Below are positions 27,799 to 37,987 of a stretch of DNA of 64,000 bases, in pieces. A program made the translations under genes and the position numbers. The stretch is from assembly GCA_051867875.1 (NCBI GenBank), contig JBJDZG010000026.1, positions 42,071-106,070 on the forward strand, in the 5' to 3' direction. The notes under the pieces were generated by a model, which did no database searches, was not told the DNA's origin, and saw only the letters and a program-made list of their open reading frames with translations. Positions within the stretch are counted from its first letter, which is position 1; every line of letters starts with the position of its first letter. This DNA comes from Eubacteriales bacterium. GTDB lineage: Bacteria; Bacillota; Clostridia; Oscillospirales; CAG-272.

Positions 27799-29976
27799 AT
27801 GAAAATTATTAAGAGAAACGGCTCTGAAGTTATTTTTGACGTAGAAAAAATAATCGTTGCCATAACAAAAGCAAACGAAAGCGTCGTTCCCACCGAAAGA
27901 ATGACCGAGGAACAGATTAAGAAAATTGCTCAGGACGTTGAGTCTGCCGCTCTCAACATGAATCGCTCACTTAACGTAGAGGAGATTCAGGATATGGTAG
28001 AAGACCAGATTATGAATCAGCGCGCCTTTGAGGTAGCGAGAAGATATATTACATACCGTTACAACCGTGCGCTTGTAAGAAAGTCAAATACGACCGACGA
28101 GCAGATACTCAGCCTTATCGAGTGCAACAACGAAGAGGTAAAACAGGAAAACTCAAACAAAAACCCCACCGTCAACAGCGTTCAGCGTGACTACATGGCG
28201 GGCGAGGTCAGCAAGGATATCACAAAGCGAATTCTTCTCCCTGCCGATATCGTTGCGGCACACGAAAACGGTCTTATACACTTCCACGACTCCGACTATT
28301 TTGCACAGCACATGCACAACTGCGATCTTGTCAATCTTGAAGATATGCTTCAAAACGGCACGGTTATCAGCGGCACGATGATAGAAAGACCTCACAGCTT
28401 TTCAACGGCTTGCAATATAGCAACTCAGATTATCGCTCAGGTTGCTTCCTGCCAGTACGGCGGTCAGAGCATAAGCCTTACCCATCTTGCTCCCTTCGTT
28501 GACATCAGCCGTCAAAGAATAAAAAAGGACGTCGCAGCGGAACTTTGCAGTATAACTCCCGATGTCAGCGATGAGGATATTGCGAGAATCGCCGAAGCCA
28601 GAGTCCGTGATGAAATCAGGAGAGGCGTACAGACTATTCAGTATCAGGTCGTTACCCTTATGACAACTAATGGACAAGCTCCTTTCGTTACGGTATTTAT
28701 GTATCTGAACGAAGCGAAAAACGAGCAGGAGAAGCGCGATTTGGCTCTCATCATAGAGGAGACACTTAAACAGCGTTATCAGGGTGTTAAAAATGAGAAG
28801 GGCGTTTGGGTTACTCCCGCCTTCCCCAAGCTCATCTACGTGCTTGAAGAGGACAATATTCACGAGGACAGCCCCTACTACTACCTCACAAAGCTCGCAG
28901 CAAAATGCACAGCCAAGAGAATGGTTCCCGACTATATCTCCGAAAAGATTATGCTTCAGAATAAGATTGACAAAAACGGAGAGGGACACTGCTATACCTG
29001 CATGGGTTGCAGAAGCTTCCTGACTCCCTACGTTGACGAAAACGGTCAGCCCAAGTATTACGGAAGATTCAATCAGGGCGTAGTTACTGTAAACCTCGTT
29101 GACATCGGTCTTTCCGCCGAGGGCGATATGGACAAATTCTGGGAGATATTCGACAGCAGAATGGAGCTCTGCCACAGAGCACTCCAGTGCCGTCACGAGC
29201 GTCTTACGGGCACTCTCTCCGATGCCGCACCTATTCTTTGGCAACACGGTGCACTTCTCCGCTTGAAGAAGGGCGAAACTATTGACAAATATCTTCACGG
29301 CGGTTATTCCACCTTATCCCTTGGTTATGCCGGTCTTTGGGAGTGTGTTCTTTCTCTTAACGGCAAGAAGCTCACAGAGCCCGAGGGCGAGGCACTCGGA
29401 CTTGAAATAATGAAAAAGCTCAACGAGTACACCGCAAAGTGGAAAGCCGAGGAGAATATCGACTACTCTCTTTACGGCACTCCGCTTGAGAGCACGACGT
29501 ACAAATTTGCAAAGTGCTTGCAGAAACGCTTCGGCGTAATAAAGGACATTACGGACAAGTCCTACATAACCAACAGTTATCACGTTCACGTTACGGAGAA
29601 AATTGACGCATTCAGAAAGCTTGCTCTTGAATCCAAATTTCAGACTCTCTCTCCCGGCGGCGCAATATCCTACGTTGAAGTTCCCAATATGCAGAACAAC
29701 CTTGACGCAGTCCTCTCTGTAATGAAATTCATATATGACAATATTATGTATGCCGAGCTCAACACGAAAAGCGACTTTTGCCAGCTTTGCGGATTTGACG
29801 GCGAAATAGAGGTTATCGAGGACGGCGACGGCAAACTCATTTGGAGATGTCCCAACTGCGGCAACACCGACCAGAGCACTATGAACGTAGCAAGGAGAAC
29901 CTGCGGTTACATAGGCACTCAATATTGGAATCAAGGAAGAACACAGGAAATAAAGGAAAGAGTTCTTCATCTTTAA
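27799..29976 (+). CDS. nrdD: anaerobic ribonucleoside-triphosphate reductase
   Basis: 725 aa. N-terminal ATP-cone, C-terminal Zn site (CQLCG...CPNCG) and glycyl radical motif RRTCGYIG. Confidence 0.93.
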   Translation: MKIIKRNGSEVIFDVEKIIVAITKANESVVPTERMTEEQIKKIAQDVESAALNMNRSLNVEEIQDMVEDQIMNQRAFEVARRYITYRYNRALVRKSNTTDEQILSLIECNNEEVKQENSNKNPTVNSVQRDYMAGEVSKDITKRILLPADIVAAHENGLIHFHDSDYFAQHMHNCDLVNLEDMLQNGTVISGTMIERPHSFSTACNIATQIIAQVASCQYGGQSISLTHLAPFVDISRQRIKKDVAAELCSITPDVSDEDIARIAEARVRDEIRRGVQTIQYQVVTLMTTNGQAPFVTVFMYLNEAKNEQEKRDLALIIEETLKQRYQGVKNEKGVWVTPAFPKLIYVLEEDNIHEDSPYYYLTKLAAKCTAKRMVPDYISEKIMLQNKIDKNGEGHCYTCMGCRSFLTPYVDENGQPKYYGRFNQGVVTVNLVDIGLSAEGDMDKFWEIFDSRMELCHRALQCRHERLTGTLSDAAPILWQHGALLRLKKGETIDKYLHGGYSTLSLGYAGLWECVLSLNGKKLTEPEGEALGLEIMKKLNEYTAKWKAEENIDYSLYGTPLESTTYKFAKCLQKRFGVIKDITDKSYITNSYHVHVTEKIDAFRKLALESKFQTLSPGGAISYVEVPNMQNNLDAVLSVMKFIYDNIMYAELNTKSDFCQLCGFDGEIEVIEDGDGKLIWRCPNCGNTDQSTMNVARRTCGYIGTQYWNQGRTQEIKERVLHL

Positions 29977-30031
29977 TTTGCAAAAAACAATCCCTTGCAG
30001 TCATGCAAGGGATTGTTGACGAAAGGTATTT

Positions 30032-30598
30032 ATGAATTACGCATTGATACGAGAAAACGATATAGCCAACGGTCCCGGTGTACGCACAACCCTTTTTGTC
30101 AGCGGTTGCAGGCATCATTGCAAGGGCTGTTTCAATCCGGAAACGTGGAATTTTTCTTACGGTGAGCCGTTCACTCAAAATGAAATAGACAAAATCATTT
30201 CCGCGTGTAAGCCCTCTTTCATAGGTGGATTGACGCTTCTCGGAGGTGAGCCGTTTGAGCCCGAAAACCAGGGTGCGCTCATTGAGCTTTTGAAGCAGTT
30301 CAGGGCAAATTTTCCCGAAAAAAGCGTATGGTGCTATTCGGGATTTACTTTCACGAACGACCTTTTACCCAAGGCACAGCAAGGTCTTGAAAACGTCGCT
30401 GAAATGCTTTCGCTGATTGACGTGTTGGTTGACGGAAAGTTCGTTGAGGAGCTCAAGCATTCGGGTCTTCTATTCCGAGGCTCGGCAAATCAGAACATAA
30501 TTGACGTAAAAGCGTCGCTTGCAGAGAAAAAAATGATTCTTTTAGCGGGAAAATGGGAAAGAACGCCGGGAAACGGCGACATATACGAAAATCAATAA
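30032..30598 (+). CDS. nrdG: anaerobic ribonucleotide reductase activating protein (radical SAM)
   Basis: 188 aa. CRHHCKGCFNPETW radical-SAM cluster motif typical of NrdG. Confidence 0.9.
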   Translation: MNYALIRENDIANGPGVRTTLFVSGCRHHCKGCFNPETWNFSYGEPFTQNEIDKIISACKPSFIGGLTLLGGEPFEPENQGALIELLKQFRANFPEKSVWCYSGFTFTNDLLPKAQQGLENVAEMLSLIDVLVDGKFVEELKHSGLLFRGSANQNIIDVKASLAEKKMILLAGKWERTPGNGDIYENQ

Positions 30599-30624
30599 AA
30601 AAGCGGAGAAATCTCCGCTTTTTT
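30597..30624. terminator. bidirectional intrinsic terminator between nrdG and the SDR gene
   Basis: AAAAAAGCGGAG-AAAT-CTCCGCTTTTTT. Confidence 0.8.
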
Positions 30625-30630
30625 ATTAAA

Positions 30631-31455
30631 TTAAACTCCCGAGTAAGCGGAGAAGCCGCCGTCGATGGGAATTATTACGCCCGTCACAAAGCCCGATTCA
30701 GCGGGATTTGTAAGAAATCTCAATGCACCGAGAAGCTCCTCGGACTCGCCGAAGCGATGCATGGGAGTTGCGGCAAGAATCTTTCCCGTTCTGGCTGTGG
30801 GTGTTCCGTCGGGATTATAAAGAAGCGCTCTGTTCTGATTAGTTACAAAGAAGCCGGGCGCGAGAGCATTGACTCTTATGCCTGCGCCTGCAAAATGAAC
30901 TGCAAGCCACTGTGTGAAGTTGGAGATACCCGCCTTCGCTGCGCTGTATGCGGGAATCTTCGTAAGAGGAGTATACGCGTTCATAGAAGAAATGTTAAGA
31001 ATCGAGCAGCCTTCCTCGCCGAGCATATCCTTTGAGAAAACCTGGGTGGGAAGAAGCGTTCCCATAATGTTGAGATTGAACACGAAGTCAAATCCCGACT
31101 TGTCGAGATTAAAGAAAGTCTTGATGTCCTCTCTGTCCTCGTCGCCGATCTCATAATATTCTTTATCGGTGGAGGCTCTGGGGCTGTTTCCGCCCGCGCC
31201 GTTGATGAGAATGGTGCACTTGCCGAGGTCGCTCAAAATTGCCTCGTGAGCGGATTCAATGCTCTCTTTTTCAAGGCAGTTTACCTTATAAGACTTGGCA
31301 ATTCCGCCGTTTTCGTTGATTCTGTCGGCAACTGCGCGTGCCGATTCTTCATTAAGGTCAAGTAATGCGATTTTGTAGCCGTGCTTTGCCATTTCCTCAG
31401 CGAACGAGGAGCAAAGAACACCGCCCGCACCTGTGATAACACAAACTTTATTCAT
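30631..31455 (-). CDS. SDR family oxidoreductase (D-mannonate oxidoreductase-like, UxuB type)
   Basis: 274 aa. TGAGGVLC glycine motif and YSAAK catalytic motif. Directly downstream of uxuA; the function is inferred from that context. Confidence 0.72.
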   Translation of the reverse strand: MNKVCVITGAGGVLCSSFAEEMAKHGYKIALLDLNEESARAVADRINENGGIAKSYKVNCLEKESIESAHEAILSDLGKCTILINGAGGNSPRASTDKEYYEIGDEDREDIKTFFNLDKSGFDFVFNLNIMGTLLPTQVFSKDMLGEEGCSILNISSMNAYTPLTKIPAYSAAKAGISNFTQWLAVHFAGAGIRVNALAPGFFVTNQNRALLYNPDGTPTARTGKILAATPMHRFGESEELLGALRFLTNPAESGFVTGVIIPIDGGFSAYSGV

Positions 31456-31472
31456 TTTTATTTCTCCGTTTT

Positions 31473-32519
31473 TTATTTATTTTGAGCATCTTTTTCGATA
31501 GCTTCCCAAAGACCGAGGAGGTACGTTGCGCCGAGAGCACGGTCGTAAAGTCCGTAACCGTATCTGCCCTTTTCGCCCCAAATCATTCTGCCGTGGTCGG
31601 GACGCATATATCCGTCAAAACCGCCCTCATAAAGCGCTTTCATAATTCCGTAGATATCGAGAGAGCCACAAGCCGTGGGGTGCGCTACCTCATGGAACTG
31701 ACGGGGACCGGTATGCTTAATGTTACGAATGTGAGCGAAGTGTATTCTCTTTGCAAACTTCTTGCTCATTCTTACAAGGTCATTTTCGGTTGAAGCACCG
31801 AGAGAGCCCGTGCAGAACGTAATGCCATTTTCGGGAAGGTCAACGATATTTAAGAATCTTTCAATATTTTCTTCGCAGGTGATGATTCTGGGAAGTCCGA
31901 AGATGCCCCACGGCGGGTCGTCGGGATGAATTGCCATATTAATTCCGACCTCGTGAGCCACGGGAATAACCTTCTTCAAGAATGCTTCGAGATTCTTCCA
32001 GAGCTGCTCCTCGTCTATTGACTCGTACTGATTAAGAAGGTCGCGGAGTCCGTCCGGAGTGTAGCTCTCGTCCCAGCCGGGCAAGGAAAGTCCGCCCTCG
32101 AGAGGGTTCATAGCGAGAACCGTCTCTTCGTCGTAAGCAAGGCTATTAGAGCCGTCGGGTGCCTCGTGTTCAAGTTCACTGCGAAGCCAGTCAAAAACGG
32201 GCATAAAGTTATAGCAAACACATTTAACGCCTGCCTTTGCAAGTCTTCTGAGGTTTTCGCAATAGTTTTCAATAAGCTGAGGTGCTTTTTCATTTCCGAG
32301 TTTAATATCTTCGGGAACGGGCACGCTCTCTACCACCTCAAATTTAAGTCCGTGAGCTTCGGCATTTGCTTTAATGGCATTGATGCTCTCCTCGCTCCAG
32401 ACTCCGCCTGCGGGCACGTCGTACACGGCAGACACTATCGAATACATACCGGGGATTTGAGAAATCTGTTCAAGAGTTACGGGGTCTTTCGGTCCGTAAT
32501 GCCTGAATGTCATTTTCAT
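31473..32519 (-). CDS. uxuA: mannonate dehydratase
   Basis: 348 aa, collinear with UxuA (MKMTFRHYGPKDPVTL..., HPDDPPW, FAHIRN). Confidence 0.9.
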   Translation of the reverse strand: MKMTFRHYGPKDPVTLEQISQIPGMYSIVSAVYDVPAGGVWSEESINAIKANAEAHGLKFEVVESVPVPEDIKLGNEKAPQLIENYCENLRRLAKAGVKCVCYNFMPVFDWLRSELEHEAPDGSNSLAYDEETVLAMNPLEGGLSLPGWDESYTPDGLRDLLNQYESIDEEQLWKNLEAFLKKVIPVAHEVGINMAIHPDDPPWGIFGLPRIITCEENIERFLNIVDLPENGITFCTGSLGASTENDLVRMSKKFAKRIHFAHIRNIKHTGPRQFHEVAHPTACGSLDIYGIMKALYEGGFDGYMRPDHGRMIWGEKGRYGYGLYDRALGATYLLGLWEAIEKDAQNK

Positions 32520-32625
32520 AAGTTTAACCTCCTGTTTTTATTATCATAAATACATATCGTACATACTTGAATTTAGTATATCACATTATTTTGCTTTTTT
32601 CAATATTATTTTTTGCAAATATTAA

Positions 32626-32666
32626 AAAATCAAAGAACGGCGAAGCAACCGCCGTCCTTTGATTTT
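32626..32666 (-). terminator. intrinsic terminator after the ABC exporter operon
   Basis: AAAATCAAAGAACGGCG / CGCCGTCCTTTGATTTT long stem with one mismatch. A T-run follows on the minus strand. Confidence 0.75.
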
Positions 32667-32668
32667 GT

Positions 32669-34579
32669 TTAATCGAGCTCCTTTTTACCCGTATAGAGTT
32701 CGTAATATCTGCCCTGCATCTCAAGGAGCTCTTCGTGAGTTCCCCTCTCGACTATCTCGCCGTGTTCAAGCACCATAATAGCGTCTGAGTTTCTTACAGT
32801 CGAGAGTCTGTGCGCAATTACAAACGTCGTTCTGTCCTTCATAAGTCTGTCCATACCGTGTTCGATATGGCGCTCGGTCCTCGTATCGACCGAGCTCGTC
32901 GCTTCGTCAAGCACAAGGATAGGAGCTTTTGACAGCGCCGCACGGGCGATATTGAGAAGCTGACGCTGACCTTGCGAAAGATTTGCTCCGTCGCCTTCAA
33001 TTACCGTATTGTAGCCGTCGGAAAGTCGCATTATAAAGCTATGCGCGCTTGCCGTTTTTGCGGCGGAAATAACCTCTTCGTCGGTTGCGTCAAGTCTGCC
33101 GTAACGGATATTTTCCATTATAGTACCCGTAAACAGATGCGTATCCTGAAGCACCATAGCGATATTCTTTCTGAGTTCGGTAAGGCTGTATTTCTTGATA
33201 TCAACTCCGTCAACGGTAATACTTCCGGATTCAATATCGTAAAAACGGTTAAGAAGATTCGTAACGGTGGTTTTGCCCGCACCCGTTGAACCCACGAAGG
33301 CTATCTTCTGTCCGGGGTGAGCGTAAAGAGAGATATTTTTCAAAATAGTCTTATCGGGGTTATATCCGAATGTTACGTTTTCAAGGACTACATCTCCCCT
33401 TATATGTTCAGCAGGATGAGGATTCTCTGCCGTATCTGCCTCTGGCTCTCTGTCCATAATTGCAAATACGCGTTCAGCTCCTGCAAGAGCGGAGAAAATA
33501 GTGCTCATCTGCTGAGAAATCTGGTTAATGGGCATTGAAAACTGTCTTGAATAGTTCACGAATACGGAAAGACCTCCGACGTCAAAGCCGTTAAGTACGC
33601 AGAGCAAACCGCCGATACCGGCCGTCAGTGAGTAGCTTATTTGGCTCGTATTGCCGAGAACGGGAGGCATGATACCGCCGAAAAACTGCGCCTTGAACTG
33701 CTTATCACGCATATCGTTATTGAGCGTTTCAAATTCTTCCTCGCAAACCTTTTCGTGATTAAATACTTTAATGACCTTCTGTCCCGAAACGGATTCCTCA
33801 ATGTAGCCGTTGATGGCACCGAGTGCCGCCTGCTGTCCGACGTAATATTTTGAGGAGCGCTTTGCTATCTCTCCTGCAAGGAAAATAAATATCGGCATAA
33901 ACACTATGGTTATCATGGTAAGCCAGATATTCGTGTATACCATCATACAAAACGTTCCCACGAGAGTAATCGTACCCGAAATAAGATTTACGACTGTATT
34001 ATTGAGCATCATATCGATATTATCGATATCATTGGTAAAACGGCTCATTATCTCGCCGTTTGAGTCGCTGTCGAAAAATCTTACGGGAAGCTTCTGCACC
34101 TTCTTGAAGAGGTCGTTTCTGAGGTTTTCAATGGCGTTCATCGAAACGGAGAGCATTATTCTCGACTGAACGTATGAAGATATAACTCCGCAAATATATA
34201 CGCAAGCAATTACTATGAGTATTACTGCAAGATATTCGATGGGCTCATCAAAGGTAAAGCCGAGGAAATTGAGTTCGGCATCACCTACGAGAGCATTGAT
34301 TACGGGACGGAGTATATACGAGCCCACAAGTGACGAAAGAGTCGTGAAAAACATACATACGAGGACTAAAAGCAAACGGAATTTATATTTTGCTATATAT
34401 GAAAGCAGTCTTCTTACGGTCTGTTTCGTGTTTTTGGGTTTTCCCTGTGCTCTCGGACCGCGTCCGCCGGGGCCTCTTCCGCCGCCGTGGCCGTCCATCG
34501 TTTTGCCTTTTGGGGCTTTGGATTCGGGAATTTTGCTGCCGTATTGCTTTTGAAGTTCTTCAAGATTTCTTGCAGCCAT
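32669..34579 (-). CDS. ABC exporter, fused permease/ATPase (heterodimer partner 2)
   Basis: 636 aa. Gly/Arg-rich N-terminus, six-helix type I exporter domain, Walker A GSTGAGKTT, LSQGQRQ signature. Confidence 0.88.
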   Translation of the reverse strand: MAARNLEELQKQYGSKIPESKAPKGKTMDGHGGGRGPGGRGPRAQGKPKNTKQTVRRLLSYIAKYKFRLLLVLVCMFFTTLSSLVGSYILRPVINALVGDAELNFLGFTFDEPIEYLAVILIVIACVYICGVISSYVQSRIMLSVSMNAIENLRNDLFKKVQKLPVRFFDSDSNGEIMSRFTNDIDNIDMMLNNTVVNLISGTITLVGTFCMMVYTNIWLTMITIVFMPIFIFLAGEIAKRSSKYYVGQQAALGAINGYIEESVSGQKVIKVFNHEKVCEEEFETLNNDMRDKQFKAQFFGGIMPPVLGNTSQISYSLTAGIGGLLCVLNGFDVGGLSVFVNYSRQFSMPINQISQQMSTIFSALAGAERVFAIMDREPEADTAENPHPAEHIRGDVVLENVTFGYNPDKTILKNISLYAHPGQKIAFVGSTGAGKTTVTNLLNRFYDIESGSITVDGVDIKKYSLTELRKNIAMVLQDTHLFTGTIMENIRYGRLDATDEEVISAAKTASAHSFIMRLSDGYNTVIEGDGANLSQGQRQLLNIARAALSKAPILVLDEATSSVDTRTERHIEHGMDRLMKDRTTFVIAHRLSTVRNSDAIMVLEHGEIVERGTHEELLEMQGRYYELYTGKKELD

Positions 34580-34580
34580 A

Positions 34581-36377
34581 TCAGTTCCCCTCCTTCTTAT
34601 CCATTTGTGAATAGTAAATTTCTTGGTATTCGGTATTGTGCTCGAGCAGATAATCGTGCGTACCCACGCCCGTTATTCTGCCCTCGTCAAGCACGATTAT
34701 CTCGTCAGCGTCCTTAACGGAATTGATACGCTGAGCGATTATAATTTTAGTAGAGCCCGCAAGGCTTTCGCGGAATGCTTCTCTTATTCTCGCCTCGGTA
34801 GCCATATCGACAGCACTCGTTGAGTCGTCAAGTATAAGAATCTTCGGCTTTTTGAGGAGTGCGCGGGCAATACAAAGCCTTTGCTTCTGTCCGCCCGAAA
34901 CATTTGTTCCGCCTTGACCGAGGTCGGTGTTATAGCCCTCTGTAAAGCTCGTGATAAAGCCGTCAGCCTGCGCGTAATCCGCAGCTTCTCTTATCTCTTC
35001 CATCGAAGCATCGCCGTTACCCCAGCGGAGATTGTCAACGATGCTTCCCGAGAACAGTATGTTCTTTTGAAGCACCATTCCGACGCCCTCACGGAGATTA
35101 TAGAGCGAATAATCCTTGACGTTTACGCCGTCAACCAAGACCTCGCCCTCGTCAACGTCGTAAAGTCTTGCAATCATCGAAACGAGAGTAGTTTTTCCGC
35201 AGCCCGTTGAGCCGATGATACCGACTGTATCCCCCGCCCTTATCTTCAAATTGATATTGTCGAGCGCTTTTTCCGCGCTGTCTTTATAGTAGCGGAAGGA
35301 CACATTGCGGAATTCGACCTCGCCCCTCTCGACTTTATATTCGGAATGTCCCACGGCGTCAACTATGTCGATTTCCTCGTTCATAACCTCGCCTATACGC
35401 TTTGCCGATGCCATTGACCTTGAAAACATCATAAAGAGCATCGTTACCATCATAAGAGATGAGAGAATCTGTGTGATATAAGTTACGAATTTCGTAAATT
35501 CACCTGTGGTCATCTGACCCATAACGAGCTGATTTCCGCCGAACCAGTAAATCGCAATTGAGGTCGCGTTCATGATAAGCGTTATTATTGGAGAGAGGAG
35601 AATCATATTTTTCATCGCTCTCGCGGCGGTATCCTTCATATCCTTATTTGCCTTTGAGAATTTCTTTTCCTCAAAATCTTCTCTTACGAACGACTTAACA
35701 ACTCTTACGTTCGTGAGGTTTTCCTGAACGGTGGAGTTAAGTCCGTCAATCCTCTTCTGCATCTGTGAGAACATCGGGAAGCCCCTTGCTATGATAACCG
35801 ATATCGAGCAGAGCAACAGAGGAACCGAAACCGCCAAAACGGCGGAGAGAGAGGGATTTATGCTTATCGCCATAATGAGAGCGCCTATGAGCATACCGGG
35901 TGCGCGGAAGAACATACGGAGCATCATATTGACGAAGTTCTGAAGCTGTGTTACGTCGTTTGTGAGTCTTGTTACGAGCGAAGCAGAGCTGAATTTGTCA
36001 ATATTTGAGAACGAGAAGCTCTGTACCTTTTTATAAATATCCGCACGAAGGTCAGCCGCAAAGTTTACAGACGCCTTTCCTCCGAAATATGCGCCGCCGA
36101 CACCGCCGAGCATCATAAGAATTGCCGTCATTATCATTCCCATTGCTATCGCCACGATAAAAATGGCGTTGCTTCCGAATTTTTCATACACCCACAAAAT
36201 AAATTCGGGCATATTTTCGGTTTTCCCGTCTATTCCGAGGTCGATTATATAGGAAAGAAGCGTCGGCATAAGCACCTCTCCTATAACCTCGATTACCATA
36301 CATATCGGTCCCAAAATAAAGTAGGGCAGATACGGTTTTATGTATTTCATCCAATTGATAGTGTTACTTTTCTTCAT
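34581..36377 (-). CDS. ABC exporter, fused permease/ATPase (heterodimer partner 1)
   Basis: Walker A GSTGCGKTT and VSGGQKQR signature. I prefer ATG 36377 (MKKSNTINW), which has an AGAGGA Shine-Dalgarno sequence. The track start at 36398 is TTG. Confidence 0.86.
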   Translation of the reverse strand: MKKSNTINWMKYIKPYLPYFILGPICMVIEVIGEVLMPTLLSYIIDLGIDGKTENMPEFILWVYEKFGSNAIFIVAIAMGMIMTAILMMLGGVGGAYFGGKASVNFAADLRADIYKKVQSFSFSNIDKFSSASLVTRLTNDVTQLQNFVNMMLRMFFRAPGMLIGALIMAISINPSLSAVLAVSVPLLLCSISVIIARGFPMFSQMQKRIDGLNSTVQENLTNVRVVKSFVREDFEEKKFSKANKDMKDTAARAMKNMILLSPIITLIMNATSIAIYWFGGNQLVMGQMTTGEFTKFVTYITQILSSLMMVTMLFMMFSRSMASAKRIGEVMNEEIDIVDAVGHSEYKVERGEVEFRNVSFRYYKDSAEKALDNINLKIRAGDTVGIIGSTGCGKTTLVSMIARLYDVDEGEVLVDGVNVKDYSLYNLREGVGMVLQKNILFSGSIVDNLRWGNGDASMEEIREAADYAQADGFITSFTEGYNTDLGQGGTNVSGGQKQRLCIARALLKKPKILILDDSTSAVDMATEARIREAFRESLAGSTKIIIAQRINSVKDADEIIVLDEGRITGVGTHDYLLEHNTEYQEIYYSQMDKKEGN

Positions 36378-36843
36378 CGTTTGTCCTCTGTCTTTCAAGC
36401 AATTTTGCCTGCATTTTATCTAAATAACCGTTGAATTTTATGATATCGTCCTCATCAAAATTCTCAAATAACGACTCGTCCGTTTCCTTGAACATCTTAA
36501 AGGACCTTTCCGCGATATCTATACCCTTTTCGGTAACGGAAATCTTATTGTATCTGCCGTCGCCGTCGATAGCGTGTCTTGTGATATACCCCTCCTGCTC
36601 AAGTGATTTTAATGAGCGCGCAACCGCCGCAGGTGTTATATTGAACTTTTCGGCTATCTCTTTTTGCGAATTTATCTCGCCGTGTTTGACAATATACATC
36701 AAAAGGTGATGCTGGCTGTGGTGTATTCCCATCGCCGAAATATTTCGCTCAAAGTAAGCTCTGTGAAGCCTTAATATGTGCATCATTTTGCGAATTGTGT
36801 TCTTATAAATCTCAACCTCATTCTCTTCCGTATGCTTTTCCAT
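36364..36843 (-). CDS. MarR family transcriptional regulator
   Basis: 159 aa winged HTH (QKEIAEKFNITPAAVARSLKSLEQEGYI). First gene of the exporter operon. Confidence 0.85.
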   Translation of the reverse strand: MEKHTEENEVEIYKNTIRKMMHILRLHRAYFERNISAMGIHHSQHHLLMYIVKHGEINSQKEIAEKFNITPAAVARSLKSLEQEGYITRHAIDGDGRYNKISVTEKGIDIAERSFKMFKETDESLFENFDEDDIIKFNGYLDKMQAKLLERQRTNDEEK

Positions 36844-36864
36844 ATACTTCTCCCCTCCAAATAA

Positions 36865-36906
36865 TTAACGCGTTAACTATTATAACATAAAAGTTGAGAA
36901 TGTCAA
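36865..36906 (-). promoter_or_regulatory. marR-ABC operon promoter with a palindromic operator candidate
   Basis: On the minus strand: TTGACA (36901-36906), 16-nt spacer, TGtTATAAT (TATAAT at 36879-36884). The perfect 12-bp palindrome TTAACGCGTTAA (36865-36876) sits just downstream of the -10 element. Confidence 0.6.
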
Positions 36907-36924
36907 TAGCGTTCACAGATTTTT

Positions 36925-36964
36925 TACAAAAAAATTTAAGGCTTTCGGAGCATCCGAAAGCCTT
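36925..36964 (-). terminator. intrinsic terminator after asnA
   Basis: AAGGCTTTCGGA / TCCGAAAGCCTT perfect 12-bp stem, followed on the minus strand by AAATTTTTTT. Confidence 0.8.
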
Positions 36965-36969
36965 GCAGA

Positions 36970-37974
36970 TTATAGTAAATTTATTCCGTATTTTTCGCAG
37001 AATTGATGATCGTTTTCGCTCCAGAATGACGATTGCACCTCGCCGATATGCGCCTTTCTCAAAAAGAACATACACATTCTCGACTGACCGATGCCGCCGC
37101 CAACGGTATAAGGCAGCTCGCCCGCAAGGAGTGCTTTATGGAACGGGAGCGATGCTCTGTCCTCACATCCCGATATTTTAAGCTGCTTTATCATCGCTTC
37201 TTCATCAACACGGATACCCATGGAAGAAAGTTCAAGCGCGATATCGAGCACGGGATAGTAGACGAGTATATCTCCGTTGAGCGTCCAGTCGTCATAGTCG
37301 GGTGCTCTGCCGTCGTGCGGCTTGCCGGAAGTGAGAGAGCCGCCTATCTGCATAAGAAAGACTGCACCCTTATCCTTACAAATTCTGTGTTCCCTCTCTC
37401 TTGGAGAGAGGTCGGGATACATATCTTCGAGCTCCTGAGTAGTAACAAAGGTTATCTCATCGGGAAGTATTTTTTCGATAAAGGGATACTCGCTTGAAAT
37501 GTATATCTCGGTATGCCTTAGAGCTCTGTAAATACATTTGACCGTCTTTTTTAGCGTCTGTTCGTTTCGCTCGCTTTTATCGATTATTCTCTCCCAGTCC
37601 CACTGGTCAACGAACATGGAATGGATATTGTCAAGCTCTTCGTCTCGGCGAATGGCATTCATATCCGTATAAAGTCCCTCGTGAAGATTGAACTTATAGA
37701 GTTTAAGCGCCATTCTCTTCCACTTTGCGAGCGAGTGGACTATCTCAAGCTCCTCACCGCTTTGAATATCAAAGCAAACGGGTCTTTCGTGTCCATTCAG
37801 ATTATCGTTAAGACCGCTGTCCGAGCGCACGAAAATGGGCGCGGAAACACGCGTCAGATTGAGCTCTACCGCAATCTGTCTTTCAAAAAAATCCTTTACC
37901 TTTTTAATTGCGACCTCGGTTTCTCGCAAGGTCAAAAGCGATTTATAGTCATCGGGGATTGAATAATGTAACAT
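36970..37974 (-). CDS. asnA: aspartate--ammonia ligase
   Basis: 334 aa, collinear with AsnA (class II aaRS-like; motifs ...SAPIFV..., IGGGIGQSR). Confidence 0.92.
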   Translation of the reverse strand: MLHYSIPDDYKSLLTLRETEVAIKKVKDFFERQIAVELNLTRVSAPIFVRSDSGLNDNLNGHERPVCFDIQSGEELEIVHSLAKWKRMALKLYKFNLHEGLYTDMNAIRRDEELDNIHSMFVDQWDWERIIDKSERNEQTLKKTVKCIYRALRHTEIYISSEYPFIEKILPDEITFVTTQELEDMYPDLSPREREHRICKDKGAVFLMQIGGSLTSGKPHDGRAPDYDDWTLNGDILVYYPVLDIALELSSMGIRVDEEAMIKQLKISGCEDRASLPFHKALLAGELPYTVGGGIGQSRMCMFFLRKAHIGEVQSSFWSENDHQFCEKYGINLL

Positions 37975-37987
37975 ATACTACTCCTGA

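Noticed and set aside
28402-29970. 298-aa and 218-aa minus-strand ORFs inside nrdD
   Set aside because: These are antisense shadow ORFs. The plus-strand frame is unambiguously NrdD, including the glycyl radical motif.
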